From IMG/VR virus record IMGVR_UViG_3300009129_001428, positions 1 to 64,000 of that record: a stretch of 64,000 nucleotides of DNA, one strand, 5' to 3'. Below are positions 47,483-56,886 of the stretch, piece by piece (position 1 is the first letter of the stretch; every line of letters begins with the position of its first letter). A model generated the notes under the pieces. The model saw only the letters and a list, made by a program, of their open reading frames with translations. It was not told where the DNA came from and did not search any database. This DNA is from a virus. Its lineage: Duplodnaviria > Caudoviricetes. The position numbers were made by a program, and so were the translations under genes.

Positions 47483-47709
47483 TACTGCTCAAAATAAGCA
47501 ACCTGACCCGTTGAGTCAGGCGTAAAAGTATCACAAATTACAGGAGAAGGAAAGGCGCAGGGCCCTACCGAAGAAGCCGTGACTCCATCTATTATAACAG
47601 TACCAGATTTTAAAAGGGCTGTAATATAGAGTTTCTTGCTGCCCGAACTGGGACTTATTGCCGACGTTCCTGAACTAATTTTACTTGGAATTGTTTTGGG
47701 ACTTGCCAT
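47482..47709 (-). CDS. Paralog family member 3 (75 aa)
   Basis: LYITALLKSGTVIIDG..GP..FPSPVICDTF. Confidence 0.7.
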   Translation of the reverse strand: MASPKTIPSKISSGTSAISPSSGSKKLYITALLKSGTVIIDGVTASSVGPCAFPSPVICDTFTPDSTGQVAYFEQ

Positions 47710-47857
47710 GTTTTTTGCCTTTCTGTTTCCATTGACTCAAGCAGACCGCTATTCTCTGCTTGATATCAGTAAATTCTTTTTTAGATACCTCATCGCCCAA
47801 ACAACGATCCATAAACCGTTCTTTACTTTCGTTTTCCTGTTTGCTGGGTAAGGGCAT
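47681..47857 (-). CDS. Small conserved phage protein (MPLP..E..F..RC...EF.D..QR.AVC..QW), not in the ORF track
   Basis: 58 aa; AGTGTAA motif 13 nt upstream. Confidence 0.65.
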   Translation of the reverse strand: MPLPSKQENESKERFMDRCLGDEVSKKEFTDIKQRIAVCLSQWKQKGKKHGKSQNNSK

Positions 47858-47885
47858 AACTATATTAGTGTTACACTTATTTATC

Positions 47886-48809
47886 TTATAAATACTTCGA
47901 TATTGAACTCGGTAATACGTTTTGTGCTCTAATTCTTACCTTCTCTGCTAAATAGGGGTCTCTCTTGGAGCCGCCTACTAGGTGGGTATATTTTATGTTA
48001 TTGGAACCTCTGTAAACGAAGGCTCCCTCTTTTTTAAAGTCTAATTCATTACATATCCTATAGCCTGGGGGCGGTTCGAGAAGTGGTACAAATATTTTGT
48101 TCTTTTTAAAAGCTAGATGAGAAAATAACCACTGTTCATAAATTGCATTAAAGCTGTCTCCCATATCGTGGTTGCGAATATATTTCATATTGGATTCGTC
48201 TTGCAAAATGTCGAAAACTTTAGAGCAATAATATTGTATAAAATTTAAGTCTGTACCTCCAAATATACCAAAATTGGGAGTAAGGACAGGGTTATTTGTT
48301 TTATCCCTGTCAAAGCCTATGAGCCACATTATCTTTTTAAAAAAAGAAAAGTATGGCGAGAAGCTGTATCGAAGGGGGGAGTTTAATATCTTGCGAAAGC
48401 AAAAATTGTAAAGCGGCATCTTGTATTCTACGCTTTGGCAAATCAAACCCTGACTTAAAAACTCTAGAGGTGGCCGCTCCCATAGGAATACATCGTTGTC
48501 TACATGTAAAAACGAATCTTCCTGCAGGGAATAGGTTTTTATTTTGGGATAAGCCCACAGGCTGGGCGGTATATTAAGTTCGTGTAGTTGTTGCAGGCTT
48601 GAATCAACTTCGTCAAACAAAGGCAAAAAGCGTTTTAGGTCTTGCAGCCCCTGCCTGTCCGTATATAAAAATACTTTTTTAAACCAATGACGAGCACAAA
48701 AAGCTGATAAAGCAAAAGAGGATTCAAAATCTTTTTGATTATTGAATCCACAATACCTATTAAGGTAATTCGGTATAGACCAATGGGTAAAAACTGCCGT
48801 ATGAATCAT
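47886..48809 (-). CDS. DUF6734-like putative glycosyltransferase
   Basis: HWS, V.LYTD..G, LWAYPKI..Y, FLHVDNDVFLW, YTHL.G. Confidence 0.6.
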   Translation of the reverse strand: MIHTAVFTHWSIPNYLNRYCGFNNQKDFESSFALSAFCARHWFKKVFLYTDRQGLQDLKRFLPLFDEVDSSLQQLHELNIPPSLWAYPKIKTYSLQEDSFLHVDNDVFLWERPPLEFLSQGLICQSVEYKMPLYNFCFRKILNSPLRYSFSPYFSFFKKIMWLIGFDRDKTNNPVLTPNFGIFGGTDLNFIQYYCSKVFDILQDESNMKYIRNHDMGDSFNAIYEQWLFSHLAFKKNKIFVPLLEPPPGYRICNELDFKKEGAFVYRGSNNIKYTHLVGGSKRDPYLAEKVRIRAQNVLPSSISKYL

Positions 48810-49825
48810 TAAAAATCATCCTCTAGCGCCCCGCTTTGCTGGTATTCCCTCACCCTTCTTTCAAAAAAGTTAGTCATTGCTTGGGTGTCTACTACTTCCG
48901 AAAGCCATGGAAATGGATTTTGATCAGAAGGAAAACGATAACTAAGACCAATAGCCTCCATCCTGCGGTTGCCAATGTAATGCATATAGTCTACAAACAT
49001 GTCTGAATTTAAGCCAAGTATACCTGTCGGCAAAACATCTTTAGCGTAGTTAACTTCTAGTTCTACTGTTTTCTTCATGTGTTCAGTGAACTCTTCCTGA
49101 ATAGCTTTTGTCCATATTTTTGGGTTTTGATCTATTAGGGTATTAATAAGGTAAGTGCCGAACTCGATGTGTAAACTCTCGTCTCTAAGAGTATATTTGA
49201 TCTGGTCAGAAACCCCCTGTAATTTATTTTGCCTTCCGAGGGCGAGGAGCATCGCAAAGCCCGAAAAGAAAAACGTTCCTTCGCAAATTATGTAGTAGGT
49301 GAATAGGTTTTTAAGCAATTCTTTTTTGCCTGTCAATGTTGTGCTAGTGAAGTCAGGGCGATTTAGATCACTAGTAATCTCCATTAAAAATTCATCCTTA
49401 GCTTTAATAGAGGGGACAGTTTCGTAAGCCCTGTATACTTCGTCAATATCTAAGTCAAGGCTGTCGCAGATGTATACGATAGTAAGGTTGTGTAGGCTCT
49501 CTTCAAATGCCTGTCGTAAAATGTACTGCCTGCATTCAGCATCAGTAATATATTTAAATGCAGACATCAATAAATTGTTCCCCACCAACGACTCGCTTCC
49601 CGCAAAAAATCCTAAACAACGCTTTACCAAAAGCTTTTCATCGTCAGATATTTCTCCGCCCTTCCATTGCTTAATATCGTCTTGCATTGAAATTTCAGTT
49701 GGCATCCAGTTGTTGGCGCAACCTTTTAGGAAAAGATCCCACGCAAACTTATGTTTATGAGGAAGGATACGATTTACTGAAGCGATATCTTCAGTGATTA
49801 AATCAGATGTTTTTTCGTCTTGCAT
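48809..49825 (-). CDS. nrdB: Ribonucleotide reductase beta subunit with class Ic (R2c)-type signature
   Basis: NWMPTEI, FFAGSESLVGNN, EESLH, CEGTFFFSGF, RDESLH, NFFERRV. Confidence 0.95.
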   Translation of the reverse strand: MQDEKTSDLITEDIASVNRILPHKHKFAWDLFLKGCANNWMPTEISMQDDIKQWKGGEISDDEKLLVKRCLGFFAGSESLVGNNLLMSAFKYITDAECRQYILRQAFEESLHNLTIVYICDSLDLDIDEVYRAYETVPSIKAKDEFLMEITSDLNRPDFTSTTLTGKKELLKNLFTYYIICEGTFFFSGFAMLLALGRQNKLQGVSDQIKYTLRDESLHIEFGTYLINTLIDQNPKIWTKAIQEEFTEHMKKTVELEVNYAKDVLPTGILGLNSDMFVDYMHYIGNRRMEAIGLSYRFPSDQNPFPWLSEVVDTQAMTNFFERRVREYQQSGALEDDF

Positions 49826-49831
49826 CGCTTT

Positions 49832-49860
49832 ATAATATTATAATTAACAGTTAATGTCAA
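49832..49860 (-). promoter_or_regulatory. Sigma70-type promoter for nrdB, leaderless
   Basis: TTGACA-17-TATTAT, then 6 nt to ATG. Confidence 0.75.
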
Positions 49861-49870
49861 GACAAACGAC

Positions 49871-50380
49871 CTATTCTGGGGGATAGATCATCCAGAATAT
49901 TGATTTCTCCCCAAATGAGGAGGTGTATTTATATTTATCTTTGTTCTCGTAGCTTTCAAAAAACATTTGGTACTGACGTCCGAAACTATTTATAGATTTT
50001 TTTATTGTATCCATCTCTCCAATGAATTGAGCTCTCCTGGTATTAAAAAGATATAAATGTGTGCGCATCATCTTATTATTGACTACTCCAAAAATTTCCT
50101 GCACCCTGCCGACAGAAAGTTTTGGGTTAGGCTCTAGGGGATTCAAGTTAATTAAAAAACAATGGGGCAGCTCGGCTTCGTCAATTATTTCCATTACTTC
50201 TTCTATGACGTCGTCGCCGTTGCAAACTTTTACTGTTGCGCCAGTCTCTTCTAGAACAGCCTTAGTATTCTCGCACTCATTTCCAGCAATAACAAAAACT
50301 CCAGCCTTCAGTTTATCATAGCCAAAATTAATTAATAACCGCTTGTATTTATTTATAGTTGTATCTAGGAAGGAGATCAT
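49871..50380 (-). CDS. Hypothetical protein
   Basis: 169 aa ORF whose first 13 codons are duplicated upstream. Confidence 0.7.
   Translation of the reverse strand: MISFLDTTINKYKRLLINFGYDKLKAGVFVIAGNECENTKAVLEETGATVKVCNGDDVIEEVMEIIDEAELPHCFLINLNPLEPNPKLSVGRVQEIFGVVNNKMMRTHLYLFNTRRAQFIGEMDTIKKSINSFGRQYQMFFESYENKDKYKYTSSFGEKSIFWMIYPPE
50341..50380. repeat. Direct repeat copy A (37/40 identical to 51122-51161)
   Basis: gcttgtatttatttatagttgtatctaggaaggagatcat. Confidence 0.95.
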
Positions 50381-50389
50381 AGTTCGATT

Positions 50390-51118
50390 CTAATTATACT
50401 TGCTGTAGTATGGGCCTCTTTCATTTGCTGCCGAATTCCATCTGCCTCTGTGGCCTCCATGAATGCCAAAAAATGAATCGGAATATTTAAACTCTTTATC
50501 CTTGATTCTTTCGTATAATTTATTCATGTCGTCAATTCTTTTGTACATATCTTTTTTTGCCTCTAATTCATTTTTAGTAAAAAATTTTTGAGGAAGAAAG
50601 TCCTTGCATGCCAGGTAGAAATAATTGACTATATCTTTTAAATTATAATCTTTCGTCTCTAGTATTTTTTCATAGGGAATAATAAGGATATTTGACCTGT
50701 CGTTTGAAGAAACTTCTTGAGGGATTATAGCCTTTAGGTCTGCAAGCTCCTTTGGGTCCCGAAATTCATCCGTTATCAACTCAATAGGAGCGCGCTGCCT
50801 TTTGGCTCTGTCTGTCGTCAAAAAATAGAGTCTATGTATCGACCCGAACGCGCGCTCCCACTTATCGTAATCTATGCAATGAGATTTAGAGATAAATTTA
50901 TTAATGCTAGGACCTATGTCTATTAATGAATAAGATTGAACAGCTTGATTAGCCCCTTGTGAAGTACGGTTGTGACTAAGTGGCCCCATATAGACTGGGG
51001 AAGTCGGGCATAATAATCCGTGCAATAAATTTTGGACAACCGTGCTTCCTGTCCCTGGTAGAGACGCCTGAATAATTCTTGTGTCACAACTGGGAGTATT
51101 TGTATAATCAAATTTCAT
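50390..51118 (-). CDS. Sulfotransferase-like P-loop protein
   Basis: ASLPGTGSTVVQNLL, KSH, IIPYE; C-terminal GIHGGH. Confidence 0.5.
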   Translation of the reverse strand: MKFDYTNTPSCDTRIIQASLPGTGSTVVQNLLHGLLCPTSPVYMGPLSHNRTSQGANQAVQSYSLIDIGPSINKFISKSHCIDYDKWERAFGSIHRLYFLTTDRAKRQRAPIELITDEFRDPKELADLKAIIPQEVSSNDRSNILIIPYEKILETKDYNLKDIVNYFYLACKDFLPQKFFTKNELEAKKDMYKRIDDMNKLYERIKDKEFKYSDSFFGIHGGHRGRWNSAANERGPYYSKYN

Positions 51119-51121
51119 AAT

Positions 51122-51161
51122 GCTTGTATTTATTTATAGTTGTATCTAAAAAGGAGGTCAT
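51122..51161. repeat. Direct repeat copy B (truncated gene start MTSFLDTTINKYK)
   Basis: gcttgtatttatttatagttgtatctaaaaaggaggtcat. Confidence 0.95.
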
Positions 51162-51173
51162 CTTAAGTTTTTT

Positions 51174-51902
51174 TCATGTAGTAGACCAATAGTCATAGGA
51201 TTTCATCCTATCGATTTTACAGCCTTTCCCTATTACACAATTAAAGTGAATCATTTTACAGGTTTTATCTATTCTTTCTGAGTGTTTATAATACCACGCT
51301 CCATTTGGGTATAGATCTTTATCTAGAAGCGTGGATTTAACTTTGTTTTGGGCTATTAGTGGTCGCAGAAAGTCTTGATCATGAACCTTTGGCTTATCTT
51401 GTGTTAAAAATAGATTTATGATATCTTTATCGAAGCTGGGGGATAGGCTAAAGAAGCCAGCACATGGCAAGTCCTCGTGGTTGGACTGTATTAATAAATG
51501 ATCCTGATCCTTGTTGAGTTGATTTAATATATCTTCCTGGAAGTTATTTTTTACGACGATATCTATATCTAGGTAAGTTAGTGTTCTGCCGCTTTCTAGA
51601 ATCGGTTTGGCTATGTGGTACTTAGCAAAACAGATCCAGTTGAATTCTGGAGTGTTGAATTTTAAAAAATTGGCATGAGCCCCATATCCTAGGCGAGACG
51701 CATCTACGACATCACAAAGTCCGCTCATTTTGTTTAGGGATTCTTTATCTACCGCAAAAAAAACAATTGGGAAATCTTGAAGCCTGCAGCTTTTCACTAA
51801 GTTGCTCGCAAGTTCTATTCCTCCAATATTACAATAAGCATAATTAACGTGGTTGTCTTTATACTCGCTAATAAATTCATTTATGCTGTTAAAGTTTTTC
51901 AT
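51174..51902 (-). CDS. Nucleotide-diphospho-sugar transferase (GT77-like)
   Basis: YLDIDIV, CAGFF, DQD, LYPNG, IHFNC..G..KI. Confidence 0.8.
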   Translation of the reverse strand: MKNFNSINEFISEYKDNHVNYAYCNIGGIELASNLVKSCRLQDFPIVFFAVDKESLNKMSGLCDVVDASRLGYGAHANFLKFNTPEFNWICFAKYHIAKPILESGRTLTYLDIDIVVKNNFQEDILNQLNKDQDHLLIQSNHEDLPCAGFFSLSPSFDKDIINLFLTQDKPKVHDQDFLRPLIAQNKVKSTLLDKDLYPNGAWYYKHSERIDKTCKMIHFNCVIGKGCKIDRMKSYDYWSTT

Positions 51903-51939
51903 TTTTTTATGGGTTTTATCCTGGGTTTGTGATGCATAA

Positions 51940-52971
51940 TTACATATTAATTAAACCGCTTATTGTTTCAATATCAGCAAATAGATTAGCTGACCGACTA
52001 ATCTTACAAAGACGGGGGAGGCACATATGGCCTAGGCGGCCCACAGGAGGAGCTCCGTTAAAGGAAGGCTCGAATTTACAGGGTATATTATAAAAATCAT
52101 TATTTAATTCATGAGTTAAATAATATTCACAACTCCATTTTGCGTGAGGTAAAATGTTTCCTTGTTTATCTCTCGGTGCTTTCCACCAGCTTTCGTTAAG
52201 ATCAGGATGTTGAAGCAAAAATATCTTGCTTCCTGGTTTTGATAGGAATAAAGTAGACATCCAGGCTCCATATGCACCTATAAATATATCAGACTCTAAA
52301 AAAGGGCGCACCCTTTCCGCGGGACTAAGGTTTTCCCAGAAATCGAGTGTTGCTGTAATCGTTTTAATGTTTTTCTTGCGAAAAAAATCTACAAGATCTT
52401 TTTCATTGAGTATGTGTCTGCCTGGGTGAGAGTTTTTACCTGCAAAGGTTTTAGGGTGCTGAAAAATAAAGGCTTGTTTGTTCTGCGCCTTAATAGATTT
52501 ATCTCTATCTATGTTTTCATAAAAGTTATTTCTCCAATAGGTTACTAGGCTATGCCCCTTTATTTTAAAAGAAAATTCTCTATCAACACATGGGACAAAC
52601 GCATTCTCAACTTTATATAATACATCTTTATCTAAAACTGTAACCCGATTTTTAACTTCCGAAGGAAGAAGATTTAATGCCAGATATAAATGGCTATCTA
52701 AATAGCCTGCGGGAATTAAAATGTTATCAAAATCTAAATTAAAAAAATCCGAGCCCCAACAAGCCAAGCCAAAAAAACTATAGTAATGATCATTTAAAAA
52801 ATGACCTAAATTTCCTTTTACGTGCTTGAGGATTAACGACTTTCCCTTGATTAGTTTCTTTTCTTCCCCTGTTTCCAGTATGATATCATGGGATAGATCT
52901 TCTGTGGCGCGATCAAACTCATGGTTTTTTAAAAAAAAGTTTCGAACATGTTGAAAATATGGTTGCTTCAT
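51940..52971 (-). CDS. Glycosyltransferase GT61 (DUF563)-like
   Basis: NLGHFLND, RHILNEKDL, DIFIGAYGAWMSTLFL. Confidence 0.7.
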   Translation of the reverse strand: MKQPYFQHVRNFFLKNHEFDRATEDLSHDIILETGEEKKLIKGKSLILKHVKGNLGHFLNDHYYSFFGLACWGSDFFNLDFDNILIPAGYLDSHLYLALNLLPSEVKNRVTVLDKDVLYKVENAFVPCVDREFSFKIKGHSLVTYWRNNFYENIDRDKSIKAQNKQAFIFQHPKTFAGKNSHPGRHILNEKDLVDFFRKKNIKTITATLDFWENLSPAERVRPFLESDIFIGAYGAWMSTLFLSKPGSKIFLLQHPDLNESWWKAPRDKQGNILPHAKWSCEYYLTHELNNDFYNIPCKFEPSFNGAPPVGRLGHMCLPRLCKISRSANLFADIETISGLINM

Positions 52972-53048
52972 TATTAATTAATCTATGGCTGATCCGTAAA
53001 ACATGATAAAATTTCATCGGCAATAGCTGGCTTTGTGCTCTCGATGCA

Positions 53049-53705
53049 TTAGAGGGTGGAAAGAAAATTGTCGACCATCTGTTTTTTGCTTAGGTGGAAC
53101 TCTCTTTTCCATGGCGGTGTATTCTGTATGGCCATTTGCGGGGTTACACAGAATGAGTTTAAGTTTGCAGGGAGCCATATATCATTAGTGGGGCACCTTT
53201 CTGGGTCAAATTCATTTATAATTTTATCAAAAATGCTAGAATGGTAAGCGCTGGCAGCTTGGTTGCAGAGTGGGTGATTAAGCTCCTTTTTAAATTCGAC
53301 AAGGCTCGGGTGTCGCCTACACACGAGCCCTAGCTCCCGTCCTTCCTCTAGGTGTTGTAGGCTGCCGTGATAAGTATAACTCATTCTCAGGAAATCCCAC
53401 TGATTATTGGTTAAATAAGGAATAATGGAATTTAATGCAGATGTATCAAAATCAATAAACTCCACGTCATCTTCAAATACAAATACCGAATCTAGCCCTC
53501 TTTTTTTTGCTTCTTTGACTATGTTTAAGTGGGAGAAGCCGCAACCCTTAGGTCCCTTGGCGTGAGATACGGCTGGGAATCTAGTTACATTTAAAATACC
53601 ATAAGCATTCATCGTCTCATAGAAAGATTGAAGACGGTTTTCTTGGCTATCTACATTGATAACAAATCTATCACCAAAAAATGAAAAAAATGTATTATTG
53701 CTCAT
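53049..53705 (-). CDS. Glycosyltransferase GT25-like
   Basis: INVDSQENR, RFPAV, GCGFSH, VFEDDV, D.W. Confidence 0.8.
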   Translation of the reverse strand: MSNNTFFSFFGDRFVINVDSQENRLQSFYETMNAYGILNVTRFPAVSHAKGPKGCGFSHLNIVKEAKKRGLDSVFVFEDDVEFIDFDTSALNSIIPYLTNNQWDFLRMSYTYHGSLQHLEEGRELGLVCRRHPSLVEFKKELNHPLCNQAASAYHSSIFDKIINEFDPERCPTNDIWLPANLNSFCVTPQMAIQNTPPWKREFHLSKKQMVDNFLSTL

Positions 53706-53714
53706 TTAAAAACA

Positions 53715-54320
53715 TTATATTTTATAATACCTATTTATGATTTGTGACAGCTGCTTATTTTCTTTCAGCTTATTGATTTGACCGCTATCCAAAAAGTTTT
53801 TGTAATCTGTCTCTCCCAGGTTTTTAGATACACTCCAGGTGTGCCAGTGTTGCGCTTCTGGCCCTGTCTTTTTTAGCTGCTTACACGCTTCCTTGACTCG
53901 CTTTATGTTAAATTGTTTATTAAGCTCCTTTTGCTTGTCGGTTGAGATGGGGGAGCCCGAAGCTTTTTCGATAGCTTGATATATTAATTCAAAATTGCCC
54001 ACAAAATTTTCATAAAATAGTAGCTCTGAATCTCTTGGGGGGAAATTATCTTTACTAATGACAGAGCCTCCGTGATTGAGATATTCTGTAACATGTTCTT
54101 CTAGAGCTTCATCTGTAATGCTCGCCTCAGAATATCTCAGAATTGAAGAAACAATTGAATTGTAAGGGTGACGAATGGTAACTATATAAAAGGCTTTAGG
54201 ATCAGCCTTTGTGAGATGATGATGTTTATGCACGGGCAAATCAACTGTATTGCTTAATAGGTTATATACTAAGGTCGACCCGCTTCTGATTGGGCTAAAC
54301 TGAATGATGTATTCTTTCAT
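53715..54320 (-). CDS. Sulfotransferase-like protein
   Basis: 5'-PSB-like PIRSGSTLVYN, 3'-PB-like IRHPYNSIVS, LFYE. Confidence 0.7.
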   Translation of the reverse strand: MKEYIIQFSPIRSGSTLVYNLLSNTVDLPVHKHHHLTKADPKAFYIVTIRHPYNSIVSSILRYSEASITDEALEEHVTEYLNHGGSVISKDNFPPRDSELLFYENFVGNFELIYQAIEKASGSPISTDKQKELNKQFNIKRVKEACKQLKKTGPEAQHWHTWSVSKNLGETDYKNFLDSGQINKLKENKQLSQIINRYYKI

Positions 54321-54322
54321 TT

Positions 54323-55345
54323 TTAAATTAAATTATTTAATTTATCTATTGGAATACTTATATTAAGAGCGCTATCGCATGGTAGTTCTACCGATGTATA
54401 GTCAAGCCCCATAATATCCTTCATGCTTTTATAGCAAGTGTTAACGTAGTCTTCTGCAAAAAATTCTATGATTTTTGTCCCCTTTTTGCAAAAAAGAAAG
54501 TTTTTTATCATCGCTCCGTGCGCCCCTACTATAATGCTTGCGTTACTAAAATGCTGTATATGACTTTTTAAGCCTTCGTTCCCAAATAAAATTTTAAAGC
54601 CTTGATTTTTTAAATTTGCTATAACCTGCTCTTCGTTTATTACAGTCCTTTGGGCTGTCTTGCGGGCAAGATATAATTTTACCTCAGGCGTCTCCGAGGT
54701 TTTTAGTTTAAAATATTTTTTTCTTAAATAATCAACCCCTCGTGCGGACATTAAAGAAGGGTAGGCGGTGCAAGATGGATAATATAAAACTGGTACATGG
54801 TATGCGTGGTTGGAAAATTTTCTATGCAAATCTAATTGCTCTATATCTTTCTGCTCAAATCCAAAAAGCTTAAAATGCAATTCTATATCTTTTACTGGTC
54901 CATGCAGCGGAGGAGTAATTAGCTTTTTAGACGCTAAATTTAAAGATTCTATTTTCTCCAGGTCTTGAAAGGTATCCCATAGGTGACCATAAACATAATG
55001 ATTAAAATATTGATGGCCATAAATGTAATTTATGCCTTCTTTTAGTTTGGTTATTTTTGTGGCAGAAAGTTTTTGTTTATGTATATCATTCCGCACTTGC
55101 ATGGGATGGTCTGGTCTTTTAAGGTCGTCTGAAAGGTTTTTCCAAAAAATATAATTAAAATTTGCTTCTAAAATAATATTCTTATCCGAATCAAAAATTG
55201 CTCCTTCTGGGCCAAGATATACATTCTCAAGCTTCAAAATATATTGCGGCCAATTTTTTTTATAAGATTCAGGGGTCGCGCCTCCAAAACAGTCTCCGTC
55301 TTTGGGTTTAATAATAAACCGCTCTGATATGCTTATAGAAGCCAT
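54323..55345 (-). CDS. Glycosyltransferase GT61 (DUF563)-like
   Basis: YGHLWD, LYLARK...R.VINEEQV, IIVGAHGAMIKNFLFC. Confidence 0.8.
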   Translation of the reverse strand: MASISISERFIIKPKDGDCFGGATPESYKKNWPQYILKLENVYLGPEGAIFDSDKNIILEANFNYIFWKNLSDDLKRPDHPMQVRNDIHKQKLSATKITKLKEGINYIYGHQYFNHYVYGHLWDTFQDLEKIESLNLASKKLITPPLHGPVKDIELHFKLFGFEQKDIEQLDLHRKFSNHAYHVPVLYYPSCTAYPSLMSARGVDYLRKKYFKLKTSETPEVKLYLARKTAQRTVINEEQVIANLKNQGFKILFGNEGLKSHIQHFSNASIIVGAHGAMIKNFLFCKKGTKIIEFFAEDYVNTCYKSMKDIMGLDYTSVELPCDSALNISIPIDKLNNLI

Positions 55346-55357
55346 AAGTTTAGATTT

Positions 55358-56047
55358 TTAAAAAATATATTTAAATTCGCATATATCTTCTTCATAAAAT
55401 TGTTCTATACGGCTTTTGTCTTTTTTGTTGTACATTTCTTTATAAGGAATTCTTTTTTCGCTGTGATGTTTGTGATGAGGCAAGGTAAGTGTTGATAAAT
55501 TTAGCTCTTGTTGTATTTTATTAAAATCTTCCTGTAAGTTTTCAAATCTTCCCACAAATATATTGGGGTATAATGTTCCATCGACATTACTTTCTAAGTA
55601 TTTTTTATTTAGGTGGGGTATATATTCTACCTGCTTAAATCTAAGGTGAAATGTATCAAACCCTGTTATGTTTGGATGAGAAAAATTATGATTCTCACGG
55701 TTTTTATAGCATTCTTCTGCTAGCAAAGTGTAATCTGAAAAAGACACAATTTTCAAACCCTCCCTTTTTCGTATAGCTAGCGAGTGCAAGTATAAAGAGA
55801 CAAACCTATCCCAAGGATTTCGCACAAACGCAATTAATTTAAAGTGTGGATTCGCCTCAATCGTACGAGCTAGTTGGGAGCCTCGAATAGGAAAAAATAC
55901 ATCCTTAATTTTTTTAGCTTCTTCGGCGTGAGTGTCATGAAAATTCCATGCGTATCCTCCTTCTAGCCTTGAGAAACTATCTTCCATACTCTCTCCTGCC
56001 GTTTTAGGTATATGAATAAAAATAAACCTATGTTTCTTTGAAATCAT
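55358..56047 (-). CDS. Sulfotransferase family 2 protein
   Basis: FIHIPKTAGES, FVRNPWDRFVSLY, FVGRFENLQEDF. Confidence 0.9.
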   Translation of the reverse strand: MISKKHRFIFIHIPKTAGESMEDSFSRLEGGYAWNFHDTHAEEAKKIKDVFFPIRGSQLARTIEANPHFKLIAFVRNPWDRFVSLYLHSLAIRKREGLKIVSFSDYTLLAEECYKNRENHNFSHPNITGFDTFHLRFKQVEYIPHLNKKYLESNVDGTLYPNIFVGRFENLQEDFNKIQQELNLSTLTLPHHKHHSEKRIPYKEMYNKKDKSRIEQFYEEDICEFKYIF

Positions 56048-56048
56048 A

Positions 56049-56882
56049 TTAAGTGTCCGTTTTATATTTAATAATATTTGATTCTGGACAAAAAAACTTT
56101 GCCCTCCCTTCTGGAATTACAGTTTTCCCTTTTGTTTTGTAAAGAGTTATTGCTTCGGAAAACCCTGATACCGATGCAATAAAAAAATCGCTCTCTATAC
56201 ATGTTTGAAACTGCAGAAGAGTGCTCGTGGCGGATTTTTCACTAGGAATATATTTTATAATGCCATTTTTGTAATTAAAAAATTTATATACATCTACAGC
56301 TTCACATTTTTCATTTACATACTGACCTGTCCAGTCTGCGTCAGAATATATGTAAAGTAAGAAGTTTTGAATATTATAAGTCTCTAGTAAATAGTCTAAA
56401 GCATTTTTAAAATATATGTCTGGCAATAATCTATCTTCCATGGGATGTTCACTACCTTCCCATTTTCTATTACATGCAATATCTCCCCTCCTGATAGACA
56501 TAGAAATTGTTGTTACGTCTTTAGAGCATTCTTGCTGTACCCGCAAGACTCTGTTTTTATAACAAGACAAAAGATAAGGTCTCGTTAAGGAAAAGTCTTC
56601 ACACACGTTGTCGCAGCTATCCTGAGGGTGATATTTAACTCTTTCTATCTGTTTGGGAAATGACTTTTCTAATTCTCCGCGCATCTCCGAGCAGTTTGGT
56701 AAGCCTAATGCAGCCTCTAATAAGCCTCGCTGCCCTAATCCATGCCCTAATTGCATTAAAGAAGGAATAAAGCACTGATTATCGCTGATCGCTTGATTTA
56801 AGCCACTGTTATAGCTAAAGAGCGTGTGGCCTATGCCCGCCCCTCGCACTATATTATCATAAAATAAATATTTTGTTTTCAT
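56049..56882 (-). CDS. Fucosyltransferase-like GT-B protein (GT11/GT23-like)
   Basis: GAGIGH, SIRRGDI, IYSD, SDFFIASVSGFS; start refined to MKTKYL. Confidence 0.6.
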   Translation of the reverse strand: MKTKYLFYDNIVRGAGIGHTLFSYNSGLNQAISDNQCFIPSLMQLGHGLGQRGLLEAALGLPNCSEMRGELEKSFPKQIERVKYHPQDSCDNVCEDFSLTRPYLLSCYKNRVLRVQQECSKDVTTISMSIRRGDIACNRKWEGSEHPMEDRLLPDIYFKNALDYLLETYNIQNFLLYIYSDADWTGQYVNEKCEAVDVYKFFNYKNGIIKYIPSEKSATSTLLQFQTCIESDFFIASVSGFSEAITLYKTKGKTVIPEGRAKFFCPESNIIKYKTDT

Positions 56883-56886
56883 AATA

